Origin: Phaeosaccion multiseriatum
Lineage: Eukaryota > Protista > Ochrophyta, other classes
Direction: 5' to 3'
NCBI GenBank assembly: GCA_965112735.1
Contig: OZ218953.1
Location: 62,001 to 126,000, forward strand
Length of the DNA: 64,000 nucleotides
The translations under genes were made by a program, and so were the position numbers. Under the pieces are notes generated by a model. That model saw nothing but the letters and a program-made list of their open reading frames with translations, was not told the DNA's origin and made no database searches. Shown here piece after piece: positions 50,924 to 63,134 of this stretch; the first letter of the stretch is position 1; each line of letters opens with the position of its first letter.

Positions 50924-51051
50924 GGAGAGGCCCCTTGTCGCGGCGTCCGCTCCCGAGAGCTCAACAGCGGTCAGAGGGCAAGAGCAGAGCCAAGCCTTGG
51001 CCTGAAGCTACAGACGCACGCACACCCTTTCATTTTAAAATTAGAAATGAC

Positions 51052-53618
51052 TCATGACTCACTTTTGTCACTCCTCAGGCACTTGGTATTGTCGCTGTCC
51101 CACTCTTCCATCAGCGCCTTGGTGCTGTACCTCCTCTCCTTGTAAGCCGCGTCTGCACCAACGCGCCTCGCCACGAACTCCGCCCTGGACTTGGAGCGGT
51201 AGTGCCGTACATACACCGAAGACTCGCTGCGCCACGGGTACGGACACGCCAGGTTGTGACTGGCAGGGGCAGGGAGGGGCAGGGAGGGGCAGGGAGGGGC
51301 AAAGCACCACAGACCTTGTCAGCTTCGTCAGTTTCGTCAGTTTCGTCAGTTTCGTCAGCTTCGTCAGCCGCCACCTCGGAGGCAGGAGGAGTAGCAACAC
51401 GTGTGCAGTCAGTCCGCCTCTTGCAAGAGAGGGGCCCTCCGTCTCACCTCACCTGTACTGCACAGCGAGGTCTTGGTGATTGAAGAGGAGGAAGTGCGGC
51501 CCGATCTTGCGCAGCGTCACCGCCACTTGCGGCCGGAAGAGCGGCTTCTGCATGTGGATCCGCTCGGGGCCCATGTCTACCCTATCCAGGTATGTGTCCC
51601 GCACGGAGTAGCCGGGGGGGGGCGCAGAGAAGAGGTCCCTCTTGCAGAAGCCCACCCACCTCAAGCAGTGCACGGGGCGAGAGGCCATGGAGCTGGAGGA
51701 GCCCCCTTCGGCCTCGCCCCTGCCCGCCACCAGCAGGGCCCGCAGGAGGGGGGGGGGGGGCAGCTCTCGCTCCTGCTCCTCCTCCTGCGCGGTGAAGATG
51801 TACTCGTCGACATCGATGAATCCGATCCACTCCGCCAAGTGTCTGTGGCGCTGCAGGCAGTCGTTCAGCGCCTGTGTCTGCGCACCGGCATGGGGCCAAG
51901 GCACCACCGTCACGGCCCCAAGGGCACGAAACTCGGCAAGGACCGCGGCCGCCAGCTGTGAATCGGAGTCAGAGGCGCCGCCGTTGTCGTACACAAAGAA
52001 GTGCCCCACTCCGAGCTTGAGGTGGTGCTCAAGCCACTCACGCAGGTACGGCCCCTCGTGACGGACCATAGTGCAAAAGGCCACGGAGTGAGGGGGGAGG
52101 CGCAGCAGCGGAGAAAGCGCCGCAGAGGGACCCCAGGGGGGCGGGGGGGGCGGTGCTTCGAAGCGTGCCATCATCACGCTCAGGAAGTGCACCGCCCGCG
52201 GGGCTGCGGGGAAATATCTAAAGTCAATGAAATCGCCCGACACTCTCTGCCCGCCCGACGAGAGAGACAGCGTGCCTTGCGCCCCCGGGGGGACGCCTTG
52301 CATGGCGCACAGGGCCATACTCCACGACAGCCAGTAGCCCGGCCTCGACAAGGTGGAGGGGGAGGAGGGGGAAGGGGCGTAGTCGAAGTGGCACCTTAGC
52401 GGGGCATTGCTCTTGTTCGTCTGAGGCGTGCCCAGCCCCGAGCTGATGACAACAACGAAGGGCGGCACAGAGGGCACGGAGGGGGGGAGCGCCCCGGAGT
52501 CAAGCACGAGCTGCGGCGTGAGCACACTGGTAATGATGGGCCCCGCTCCCCCCCTGCCCGTTTGCTGCCCCCCTTGCTGCCCCCCTTGCTGCCCCTCTTC
52601 GAGCAGCGCCAGGGGCTCCGCCATGGCCGGCGTGATGGGCCACTGCGTCAAGCCCTCCGCCCGCAGAAGCTCCAGCCACACCGCGGAAGAAGAAGCCGCC
52701 ACCCCCCTCCAAGACGCCCCCCAGTCTTCGGTGCGGAGACGAGTCTGCTCCTCCGCGTCCGCGGTGCGCAGCAGCAGCAGCAGCTCGTCCCCCCCTCGCC
52801 CCGATGTCCTCCACGAGCCGAGGAGGGGAGGGCGGTTCCCCTGCTGTCCTCTCCCCGGCCCCGCCTCGACAAGCCCCCCTTGGTGTTCAAGCGCCCCTGG
52901 GTGTTCAAGAATCACGTCCACCTCCCCTTGCGCTAAGTGCAGCCGATACACGCACCCAGGAAACGCAAATCCCAGGGGGTCCCGCGCAAACAAGATCTCT
53001 TGGGGGCCCCCCGCGAGGGAGTGTTCGCTGACCAGTTTCAGTGTAGCGGCATCTGCATTTGCCGTGCCTCTCCACCCTGCGCACCCTGCCGCTCCTTCCA
53101 CGAAGGACGAGAAAATCAAACTGCTGCTCGTCCTGGTGCCACTACCCTCTTGCCCTTGCCCCTCGGTGCTCCACACACAGCGCTCCGAGGCCGGCGACTC
53201 CTCCAGCTCCGACTCGAGCTCGGACAAAGCCCCCAACCCCAACACCCGCACCACCCCGTCCTCTCGCAGATGCAAGAGGCCCGTCGGAAGAGGGTGCTGC
53301 TGCGGCAGGTGCTGCTGCTCGCCCCGCTCCTGGGCTGTGACGCTGTGCACATATACCCCTGCTGCTGTCCTGCTGTTGCTGCTGGGGGGTCGAGCGAACA
53401 AGCCATCACCTTTGGCAGATTTCGAGGAGGAAGCAGCAGGCTTGAGAAGGGGCAAAATACGCGGGAGAGTGGGGCGGACACCTCTAACCTGCTGCCCTTG
53501 GAGCTGTAGGCGACGGTCTTGGCGCGGACACCACTTGCGTGAGAGCGTGCCAGTTAAGAAGGGCTAAGCCGACGGCAAGCACCAGCACCGCGCAAAAACT
53601 CCGCGCCAGCAGTGGCAT
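51052..53618 (-). CDS. Membrane-anchored/secreted protein with C-terminal GT92/GT-A-like glycosyltransferase domain
   Basis: N-terminal hydrophobic segment MPLLARSFCAVLVLAVGLALL; CTMVRHEGPYLREWLEHHLKLGVGHFFVYDNG..QTQALNDC..WIGFIDVDEYI (DxD); last exon VRHYRSKSRAEFVARR..ES* (TGA 51054-51052). Confidence 0.8.
51318..51367. repeat. Intronic (GTCAGTTTC)n 9-mer tandem repeat
   Basis: Five to six visible units. Confidence 0.85.
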
Positions 53619-53985
53619 TGGAGTGCCTAAGCCGCGCCCAAGCAGGAGGAGAGAAGCACCAGAAGTTTGAGAAGGGAAAGGCCCCTGACCCAACCTTCCC
53701 ACACACCCCTCATGGAGGCAGGGGATGGCAGGGAGTGGGTGAGACCGAAAGGGGACATACCATTTGTGAATGATACTACCAACAGCGAAGGCACGGAATG
53801 CCCCTGACACTGTGTAGTGTCCAGAAGGCACGGAATGTCTTGCCCCTGGGCGCTACAGTCTACGAGGGAAAGCAAGGACGATGGTCAGCAGTAGCCTGGT
53901 CGAGACAGTCGTCGCAGCGAGGAAATCCAAAGGCGATACGATCGTATCAATAGCAACATCACGGATCGGTGGAATCTAGAGAAGG

Positions 53986-54212
53986 ATGGAAGCACCATCG
54001 CCTTGCTCTTCTGCTTTACGCCATGACATATTTTTGGCCGCGGAGGTCAGTGGCGACAGCTCCGCGTCAAACTCGCCAGCAGGGCCCGACCGGCACTTTC
54101 GTGACTGGGATGCAGCCCAACCCCATGGAGGGCCAGGTGCGTCTTTTCCAGCCAGACTTTCCCTCACCACTCCTCCTGCTGCTGCTCCTCCTCGTTCTGC
54201 TGCTGCTGCTGC

Positions 54213-54246
<34 letters not shown>

Positions 54247-55013
54247 ACTTCGTCTGCTGCTCCCTAACTACTGTTCTTTTCCTCTCGCCCCCTCGTCGCT
54301 CCCCTCCTCCTCCTCCTCCTTTCCCCCGTGTTCTATACTGACTCTCCCCTTCTCCTTTTCCCCGTGTTCTGTACTTACTCTCCCCTTCTCCTTTCCCCCG
54401 TGTTCTATCCTGACTCTCCCCTCCTCCTTCTCCACACCGTCGCCACATCAGGTGGGTTCAGGCAATCGCCTCTGAGCATCGCAGCAGCAGAGAAAGATGT
54501 GGAGAAGGCCAAGCGGGAGCGGCAGCTGTTGCGCGAAGAGGAGAACAACAGACGCGCGGGGCAGCGACCGCTGTGCTTCGGCCACCACGGCCTGCCCACA
54601 GACGTGTGCGCACTTGCTTACGAAGAGGAGCACGGCCTTGTGGCAGTGGCGAGCAGCGCAGGTACAGTACGTTCACATGTCTTTGATTTGGCTGTGCCCC
54701 TCCCCACCCACACCACCTTTCGCCCCTCCCCACCCCCCGTCACCGCCTCAAGGCCTTGTCAAAGTCTTCGGGGGGCCCGGCGTGGAGGTGGTGCTCCAGA
54801 GAGGCTCTTCTGCTGCCGCCAACGAGGCGCTGCTTGTGTGCAACAAGGGCCGCTACGCCTCTGCCCAAGGGGGCTCTCCACACGGCGCCCCCTTCTTCCT
54901 TAGCTTTGCCTGTGGTGGGACTGTGCTGGTGGGGGCATCCAGAGAGGGGACAGTGTGGGTTTGGGATCTCGTCAGCCGGAAGCTCAAGGGATTTGTTCAA
55001 GGCACGGTTTGGG

Positions 55014-55049
<36 letters not shown>

Positions 55050-55575
55050 AACACGATGGCGACGACAATGAGGAAGAGGAAGAGGAGGAGGAGGAGGAGG
55101 AGGAGGAGGAGCAGGAGGAGGAGGGGGCTCCGCAGTTCACTGCAGCGGCACTGCCCTCTCAAGGGGACGGAAACCACTTGTACCTCGGGGGCAGGGACGG
55201 GGGCGTCAAGGTGGTGAGGGTACGTGTCAAGAGCGGCTTGTCAAGAGGAAGTCCTCTTTCGCCCAACGCATACTAAACGTGCACCACCCCCGCCCCGTAC
55301 CCCCCTACCACACTCCACCCCACCACGGAACAATGGCAACACCTTTGAAGGTGCTCCCTCCGGAGATGTGCAGCGCTCGAGGATACACAGTCACTCAAGA
55401 GCAGGTGCTGGGGGCAGGGGGGCAGGGAGGGGGGCGGGGCAAGGCCACCGACAAGCACACACACACACACACAAACACCGGCGATGACGGAACTGAAACT
55501 GAAACTGGGCTCTTGAGGTCGTGCAGACAGATCAGCGCCATGGCTATGCGGCCCTGCAGCGGTACAGTGGCGGCC

Positions 55576-55610
<35 letters not shown>

Positions 55611-57307
55611 AAGAGGAGGAGCAGGAGCAGGAGCAGCAGGGGGAGGAGCGGGAGGAGCAGGAGGAGGAGGAAGAAGGGGGGGGGGGGAGATTATCATCTC
55701 CTCATTGGATACGCAGACGGGAGAATCGGACTGTGGGACGTGGCCAAGAGGTGCAGGAAGGGGGGCCTTGACGCAAGCAAGGCGCTGCAGGTGCGTGGCG
55801 TCGAGAGGGGGGGAGGGGGGGGGGCATGTGTGCTTGCTTCGCTTCTTACCATCGGCGGTTCTCGTCTTTCCTCCAGAGCTTGACGCAGAATGGACAAGCT
55901 CACTCAAGCCCAAGCTCAAGCAAAAGACTCAACTGCCTGGCCTGGCACCCCGATGGGGACTTTTTCGCGGCAGGCTTTGAGAGCGGAGCCGTGGCGCTGT
56001 TCAGCTTAGCCGACGTATTGCAGGTCAAGTCCAAAGGGAGAGGAAAGCAGAGGAGGAGAGAGGAGGGGAAAGGAAGGAGAGAGTGGAGGGGAGAGGAGAG
56101 GAGAGGCACCTGGTCGCCTGCCACGCCCGCCCGGGCCTTTGCATGACAATCCGCTCTTTTCCGACCTCTCTCGTTGCAGGGCTCCTCTGCTAAGGCCGCC
56201 CCCCGAGCTACAGCCTCAGCCTCCCCAGCCTGTGTCAAATGGATCCCCTGCGCTGACCCCTCCGTGCAGCCCGACAGCGACGAGTGCATCATTCGGACGC
56301 CGGTGACTGCCGTGGAGTGGGTGAGTCGGCAGCTGACGCCTCCCTCCCATCAGCCCCTGGGGGGGGGCGTACGGGTGTGCTTGCTTGTGGTCATGGGGGG
56401 GGCGCTCATCGACGAGACGGAGGGCAAAGATTCCCTCAGCATGTTCGTGCACCCCGCGGTCAAGGGCCGCCCCGCTGCGGAGGGCAGACCAGTCTCAGGG
56501 CCAGCCTCAGGGCCAGCCTCAGGGTCAGGGTCAGGGCATATGGACATGACCTTCGTGGCAAGCTCGGCAGGAATCGCCAAGCCCCCCTCGGAGGCGGCAA
56601 CGGGCATCATGGCGGCGGTGGGCTGCAGAGGGGTGGGGGGTGGGGTCCACAGGGGGCTGGACCTTAGCCATGAGGGGGACAACGCACTGCTCCAAGCCCT
56701 GTCCGTCACGGCCCTGGCAGTGGTGCGAGGGGGCCTTCGACTCGGAGGGGGGCAAGAGGCACGCTCAACAGTGCACTCGACAGTGCTGGCCGTGGACATG
56801 AGGCCATCGTGGGGGCCCTTGTTTGAGCCCTGCTTGTCCTTGCCTCGTCCCTCCCCCCCCTTGGGCCTGCCCCACCACTTATCCTCCTTCGCGGGCATCA
56901 CTTGCGTGTGCAGCGCGGCGCCGCAGCCCTCCATCGCTGTCATGATGGCCGTCTCACAGGCACTGGCGTGCGGCCCGGGCAGCGACAAGTCCTACGATCA
57001 CATGGAGGGGGGGGGCGGCACAGCCAGCGGCAAGTGGTGCTCGGGAGGCTTCATGAGCTGGGATGAGGGGGTGCCCTTCAAGTACAGAGATGAGACGCAG
57101 TGCTCCAGCACACTCGTCGTCATGGGGCATTCCGACGGAAGGCTCACTTTCTGGGACGGGGCCGCCCCCACCACCGCACAGCAGGATGGAGCCGAGGAGG
57201 AGCAGGAGGTGAGGGGAGCACAGGAGGGGAGGGTGGGGCCAGGAAGGGCTTTACGTCACTCTCACACACTCACACACATGCTCCCTCAGGTGCAGGGGGA
57301 GGCACAT

Positions 57308-57339
<32 letters not shown>

Positions 57340-60300
57340 GGGGGGGGGGCGAGAGGGGGAGTCGAATGGCACGAAATGGGGGGATACTACTGGCACTCGC
57401 ACGGGGGAGGAGGAGGTGGAGCAATCGCAGTCGGGCTTGGTGCTGCTCGGCTCGCTGCCCGTGGGGGAGTGGGTGCAGAAGAAGAGGAGCCAGGGGGTCA
57501 GGAGCCCCGGGAGCGGCGGCAAAGCAGTCACGGCACTGAAAGTAGCCTTCACGGAGGAGCAGGCGGGGGCGGCAGGGGGGAGACGGGTGTGTTGGCTCGC
57601 GCTCGGCTTTGAGGAAGGGGAGGTACTGCTACTCAAGTTCGACGGGGGTTTCACACACTTCGTGGATGACAATGAGTACGTTCGAGTCATTGACGTTTCC
57701 TCTCCGTCAGGCGCGGAGGCGGGGGGGCGTGAAGGAGGGGTGGCCGAGGCCAAGGGCGGGGGCGAGCGGGTCATGGTCCAAGTGGTGGGGGGGGGAGGCG
57801 ACGACGATGACCTTGCCGCTGCCATCGCCGCCGCAGAGCTCGAGGTCATGCACATCAACGCCCGGCAGGGGCAGGGGGACGCGCTCGGCATTGACGCCGA
57901 CGATGAGTACGATTTTAGTGACGACTTGGAACACGAGGACGAGCCGCACTTGCTGGGGGGGGGGGAGGGAGGTGACAGGGGGTGGAGCGCAGACTCGCTC
58001 TCCCTGTCGCAACGAAAGGAACAGGAACACGAACAAGAACAAGAACAAGAAAGCGTTTCTGGAGAGGGTGCCGAGCGGGAGGGGGAGGGGGAGGGCATCC
58101 ATCATGCCGACGCGGAGCCCGACCCCCGCCCTTGTGCAGCCTCCTCTTCCCCTGTGCAGCTGTTCCTCGGCAAGGTGCACAGCGCACCCGTGTGTGAGCT
58201 TCAAGTGCTCTTCGAGGAGGGAGGGGAAGGAGGGGAAGGAGGGGAAGGAGGGGGCCCTGGCTGTGGCTGCGTTCGTTTATGCGCGGGGGACTCTTCAGGC
58301 TGCGTGAGCTTGTCCCGCCTCCGACTGTCCGACGGAGACGCCACAGTGCAGCTCGCAGACGTGCAGCAGCCCAAGCACAAGCACACACACAAGGTCAGAG
58401 AGGAGCAGAGAGAGGAGCTGCCTTGCTTCTGCTTGCTTCTGTCCTCGTCCGTGTCGGGCGTTTGTCGAACTCCTCACAACTCACAAGGCCTGCTCTGCTC
58501 TGCTCTGCCCATATGCCTCTGCTCTGCTGCTGTCCTCTGAGGTGCTCAGTCTGCGGGCGTGCCCTACTCGTCCCGTCCCGTGTTCGTTGCGTGTGTGCTG
58601 CTCATGGAAGACCTCACCTTCGACCCTTCGGACCACCCTAGTGCCGTATCACCAACTGCTGCATCACCAACTTCTGGATCACCAACTGCTGTATCGCCAA
58701 CTGCGGCAGCGGTGGAGGGGACAGGGGCCTCGAGAGCGAGGAGCTGTGCCCCCCGTTCCGTGCTGTACGTGTTCTGTAACGAGAGCCTCACCCTCGTGGA
58801 TGTCGCCTCCGCCGCCACTCTCGCATCGTGCGCCTTCCCGCCGCCTCAGCTCAGGCCAAGCCGCTGCAGGAGCAGGAGCAGCGGCAGTCAGCAGAGGGCA
58901 GGCCGCGGAGACAACGGCAGCGACAACGGCAGCCACAACGGCAGCGACAATAACGGCGTGTGGGCCTTTCACGTAGACGGAGAGCTCATGGCCACATCAT
59001 CATCAGGTAATGGAGGGATACTTGATTGACTCATCATCATCAGGTGGGGGGGGCAGGCAAATGGAGGCATACAGGCATACACACGGGAGGGAAAGGCAGG
59101 AGGATGCCGCCTCGTCTCTTCTCTCAAGGCTATCGTCAATTGCACCGACTTACTGACTTACTCGCCCCTCCTTTCAGCAGGCAGGAATATGGGCAGCGCC
59201 AAGCACAAGGGCACCTCGCTGCTGGTGACTTGCAATGATAAGGTATAGCACAAGGGTAGGCAGGTAGGCAGGCAGGCAGGCAGGCAGGCATTGGCTTTCT
59301 GTGGTGTTTGAGCCAGGCTGTCTGTGCCCCCCCCCCACTTTGTGCCCCCCTCAAGGTGGCCCTGCTGCAAGTCGACGTGGTAAGGAGGGTAAGGAGGGCA
59401 GCGCAGCCCAACAAGAGGGGCGGCCTGGGGCTGGCGGCCGTGATGGTCGACAAGCTCGCAGCGGCCATTATGGCGGACAAGCAAGACAAGGGGCCTCCCC
59501 CCTCCACAGGGGACGACGACCACTGCGCTGGAGGTGAGCAGCGAAGAGGGAGAGAGAGGAGAGAGAGAGGAGAGAGGAGAGAGGAGAGAGAGAGGAGAGA
59601 GAGAGAGGAGAGAGAGACAGAGAGGAGAGACAGAGAGGAGAGAGGACAGAGAGGAGAGAGGAGAGAGGAGAGAGAGAGAGAGTTGTGCTGTGTGCCGCCC
59701 CCCCTCCCCGTGTGCTGTGTGCTGACGCGTACTGCGCTGCGTGTCGCATCACCCCCCCCTTTCAGCGGAGCTCACCCTTGACGTCAGGGCCATGAATGCG
59801 CTCATCGCCGAGAGAGACCACGACGACGGCCTGGGGGTGGGGGGGGCTCAACAAGGGGGCGGGGTCAGGGCCCTGGGAGCAGCCTTCGTCCGCGCCGGGG
59901 CGGTGGGCGGGGAGACAGGGGGGGGCTCTTCCATGCCCCTGCTCGTCACGCTGGACGACACCAACCACTACACGGCCTACGCGCTGCCCAGGCTGGCCAC
60001 CATCGACAGGTGCAGCAGGGGAGGCGCTAGTCAGTCAGTCAGTCAGTCAGTCAGTCAGTCCTCAGTCAGTCAGTCAGTCAGTCAGTCAGTCAATCAGTCA
60101 GTCAGTCAGTCCTCAGTCAGTCAGTCCATCTGTCAGTCAGTCAGTCAGTCAGTCAGTCAGTCAGTCAGTCAGTCAGTGCTCAGTCAGTCAGTCCATCTTT
60201 CAGTCAGTCAGTCAGTCAGTCAGTCAGTCAGTCCATCTTTCAGTCAGTCAGTCAGTCAGTCCTCAGTCAGTCAGTCCATCTTTCAGTCAGTCAGTCAGTC

Positions 60301-61785
60301 AGTCAATCAGTCCTCAGTCAGTCAGTCCATCTGTCAGTCAGTCCATCTTTCAGTCAGTCAGTCAGTCAGTCAGTCAGTCAGTCAGTCAGTCCATCTGTCA
60401 GTCAGTCAGTCAGTCAGTCCTCAGTCAGTCAGTCCATCTTTCAGTCAGTCAGTCAGTCAGTCAATCAGTCCTCAGTCAGTCAGTCCATCTGTCAGTCAGT
60501 CAGTCAGTCAGTCAGTCAGTCAGTCAGTCAGTCAGTCCATCTGTCAGTCGGTCAGTCAGTCAGTCCTCAGTCAGTCAGTCCATCTTTCAGTCAGTCAGTC
60601 CATCTGTCTGTCCGTGCGCTTGTCCTAAGCTCGCTTCTCCCCCTTCCCCCCTCCCTCTTCCCGTCTGTACGCAGGGGAAGAGTCGGAGCAGGCCCAGACT
60701 CCGCTCGGCGCGTGAGGGAGGGGGGGGGGGGAGGAGCGGTGAGTGCTGAGTGTCGCTCCTTTCGATTGTTTGCAGCCTGTGGGGGGGGCTTTTATTCTCA
60801 TGCCCCTCCCCCTCCTGGCCGCTTCATTCCCATCCCCCATCTATCAGGGGCCCGAGGCAGTGGTGGATGCTCACTCGTGCTTCTTCAGCGACTCTTATGG
60901 GGAGATGATGTGGGCCGCCACTCCCAAGGAGCTCGTGCGCTGGTACCTCCCCTCCATAGCGCCCTTGAGGCCGTGGGAGAGGGACCCGGGGGGGGGCAGC
61001 CCCACAGAGGCAGACGGGAGCACAGAGGCGGTGGTGCGGCTGTGCAAGGTGCCTTTCCTTCACCACCCGAGAGAGAGAGTGGAGGGGCCGAGCCTCAGCC
61101 TCACGAGGGCTTCCTCGTCCGTATCGTCCATAGACACCGCCGACAGCGGCAGTGGGGACAGAGGGGAGGGGGGAGCGGTCAAGGCCAGCAAGCGGAGCAA
61201 GTTGAGGCTCGGAAGACTCACCAGCCTAGTCAGGACCACGTCCGGGGCCGAAGCGCTGGAGCGCGTGATGAGCGAAAGCGGAGAGTACAGAGCTACGGCA
61301 TGCAAGGAGGGGGGCGAGTCTCAGAGGGGCGAGCCGCAGAGGGGCAGGCTATGGAGCACGTCCAGCGCCAAGCCCTCCAAGCCCGACAGGCCCGACAGGC
61401 CCTTGGTCAAGGCCAGGCCTACCTCTACACTGGTACGTACGTACACACACGGCCTTGATGACCTTGATGACCTTGATGACCTTGATAGGGAAGGGGCTCT
61501 TTCCACAGCTTTGGGTCCGACGTGTCTGAAGCGCCTTCCTCGTGCCTTCCACGCCCCCTCCTTCCTACAAGTCAATAGATAATCACCCCCCCCCCCCCTC
61601 CCCCCCCCAAGGACGCCACTCTGGCGAACATGAGCGACGCCAAGCAAGCTGCGGAGCAAAACACAGACACGCTGCAGCGCATCGAGCACGACTCTGCCCT
61701 CCTCAGGGACAACGCAGCGGACTTCGGAAGGCAGGCCAAGCTTCTGAAGGCACACGCCAAGGGGGGAGAGTGCACAGTCAGCTGA
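53986..61785 (+). CDS. Tomosyn/Lgl/Sro7 (STXBP5-like) WD40 protein with C-terminal R-SNARE-like motif, multi-exon
   Basis: HHGLPTDVCALAYE..LVAVASSAG|LVKVFGGPGVE (Lgl/tomosyn N-terminus); IGYADGRIGLWD; LNCLAWHPDGDFFAAGFESG; VMGHSDGRLTFWD; last exon 61612-61785 AKQAAEQNTDTLQRIEHDSALLRDNAADFGRQAKLL..ECTVS*. Confidence 0.8.
54320..54432. repeat. Intronic 36-bp tandem repeat x3
   Basis: ccccgtgttct(a/g)ta(c/t)..actctcccctt/cctcc.. repeated three times in the first intron of the tomosyn-like gene. Confidence 0.8.
60029..60610. repeat. Long (CAGT)n microsatellite with periodic interruptions, intronic
   Basis: ~580 bp of CAGT units interrupted by CCT, CCATCT, CCATCTTT and CAAT variants, within intron ~60010-60674. 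Confidence 0.95.
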
Positions 61786-62424
61786 GAGAGAGAGCACAAA
61801 GGACAAGCTTCTGTCATTGCAGCAATAGCAATACTGGAGGGAGAAGGAGAGGACCAACCACTTCAAACCGTCTTGTTACATTTTTACATGGCAAATTATC
61901 ATACAAAGACAGAGACTAAAAGTGCTTTGGCAAAAGCACAATCGGAGCTTGAGAGCTTCACTTCACTCTGTGCTTCACTTCACTCTGTGGGCGTTGCAAG
62001 AGGAGGACACTTGAAATGGGGTCACCAAAACCCAAGTCCCGAATATCTGCAGCAGCAGCTACAAAACAAAGCCCCTGCCACGCGTCCTCCACAAGCACCC
62101 TCCACCCTCCTGTCACTCGCAGCGCCTTCCCTTCCCTTCCATCACACGCCGTCACCATGCTCTCCTTCAGCTCTCCCTCAGCACCGCCACCTCCCCCTCT
62201 CGCTTCTCGTCATCGTCCTTCTGACCGATAGCGGTGGTAGGCATGCCCGAAGCCTCTGGCCCCCCTCTTTGTGGGCAGCGCAGTGGGGCAGCAGCAGGAT
62301 CTTACTCCGCCGCGCATCCGCCACCACACCATTCGATAGCTCCCTGCCCCTCCCTGCCCCTCCCTATCCCATCGGCCGCAGCACAGCAGCGCAGGACCAT
62401 GCGGCAGCCTCACCGACAGCGTGT

Positions 62425-62521
62425 TCAAGCCCTCTCTCTCTCTCTCCACAGACCACAGGGCAGCCTCACCAACAGCGTTTTCAAGCCCTCTCTCTCTCTC
62501 TCCACAGACCACAGGGCAGCC
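62425..62521. repeat. ~56-bp-period tandem duplication (intergenic)
   Basis: tcaagccctctctctctctctccacagaccacagggcagcc present twice. Confidence 0.85.
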
Positions 62522-63134
62522 GAATCTCGTCCCCGACATGGAGCCCCAGCCCGAAAGCAAACCCACCCTACTCGCCCTATTCCATCCTCCACTGCTTCCT
62601 TCTCCTTGCAGTCCTCTGCCTCGGGTGGTGAGGGGGGAGCTGTGCCCTGTTACCCTGTCACCCTGTTACCCCCGCCCCCTTGCTTCCGTTCATGTCGTCA
62701 TGTCGGTCGCAGCTCGTCGCTTCTTGGGCACAGGTGGAGGCAGTGCAGTCTCCCCCGTTTGCTTCCCTCCGCTTGCACCCTTTTCATTCGAGATGCCTCC
62801 TGTACACCCTCGGCCTACTTGTCGGAAGCTCTTGAGCGAATCTCACACCCGTCTCGCTCTACACCTCTGGACCACGCAGCTCCGTTGTGCCGATTCAAAG
62901 TCCTCCTTGGATCTGCTTGCTTGCTTCTTATCGAGCCCATAAGCTCAAATACACATCTCGCGCCCTACCCCTACCGCCTCCACTAACCTCAGCCAAGCGC
63001 ACTAAAAACCAACAAAAAAAAGTTACAGCTCTATTTCACACCTCGCACCTCTTAGCAACACACGGCACCTCTTGACCACAGCTCCATGGCCAACGCACAG
63101 TCCTGATTCCTGATTCTTGTCGTACCCCTCAACC

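Noticed and set aside
54320-54432. Regularly spaced repeats as a CRISPR-like array
   Set aside because: Head-to-tail tandem units without unique spacers; no cas genes; intronic.
59741-60749. Ser/Gln/Val-rich ORFs (SQSV repeats)
   Set aside because: Translations of the intronic CAGT microsatellite.
61873-62986. ~250-aa ORFs downstream of the tomosyn-like gene
   Set aside because: No domain motifs, and they traverse a tandem duplication and CT runs; probably non-coding.
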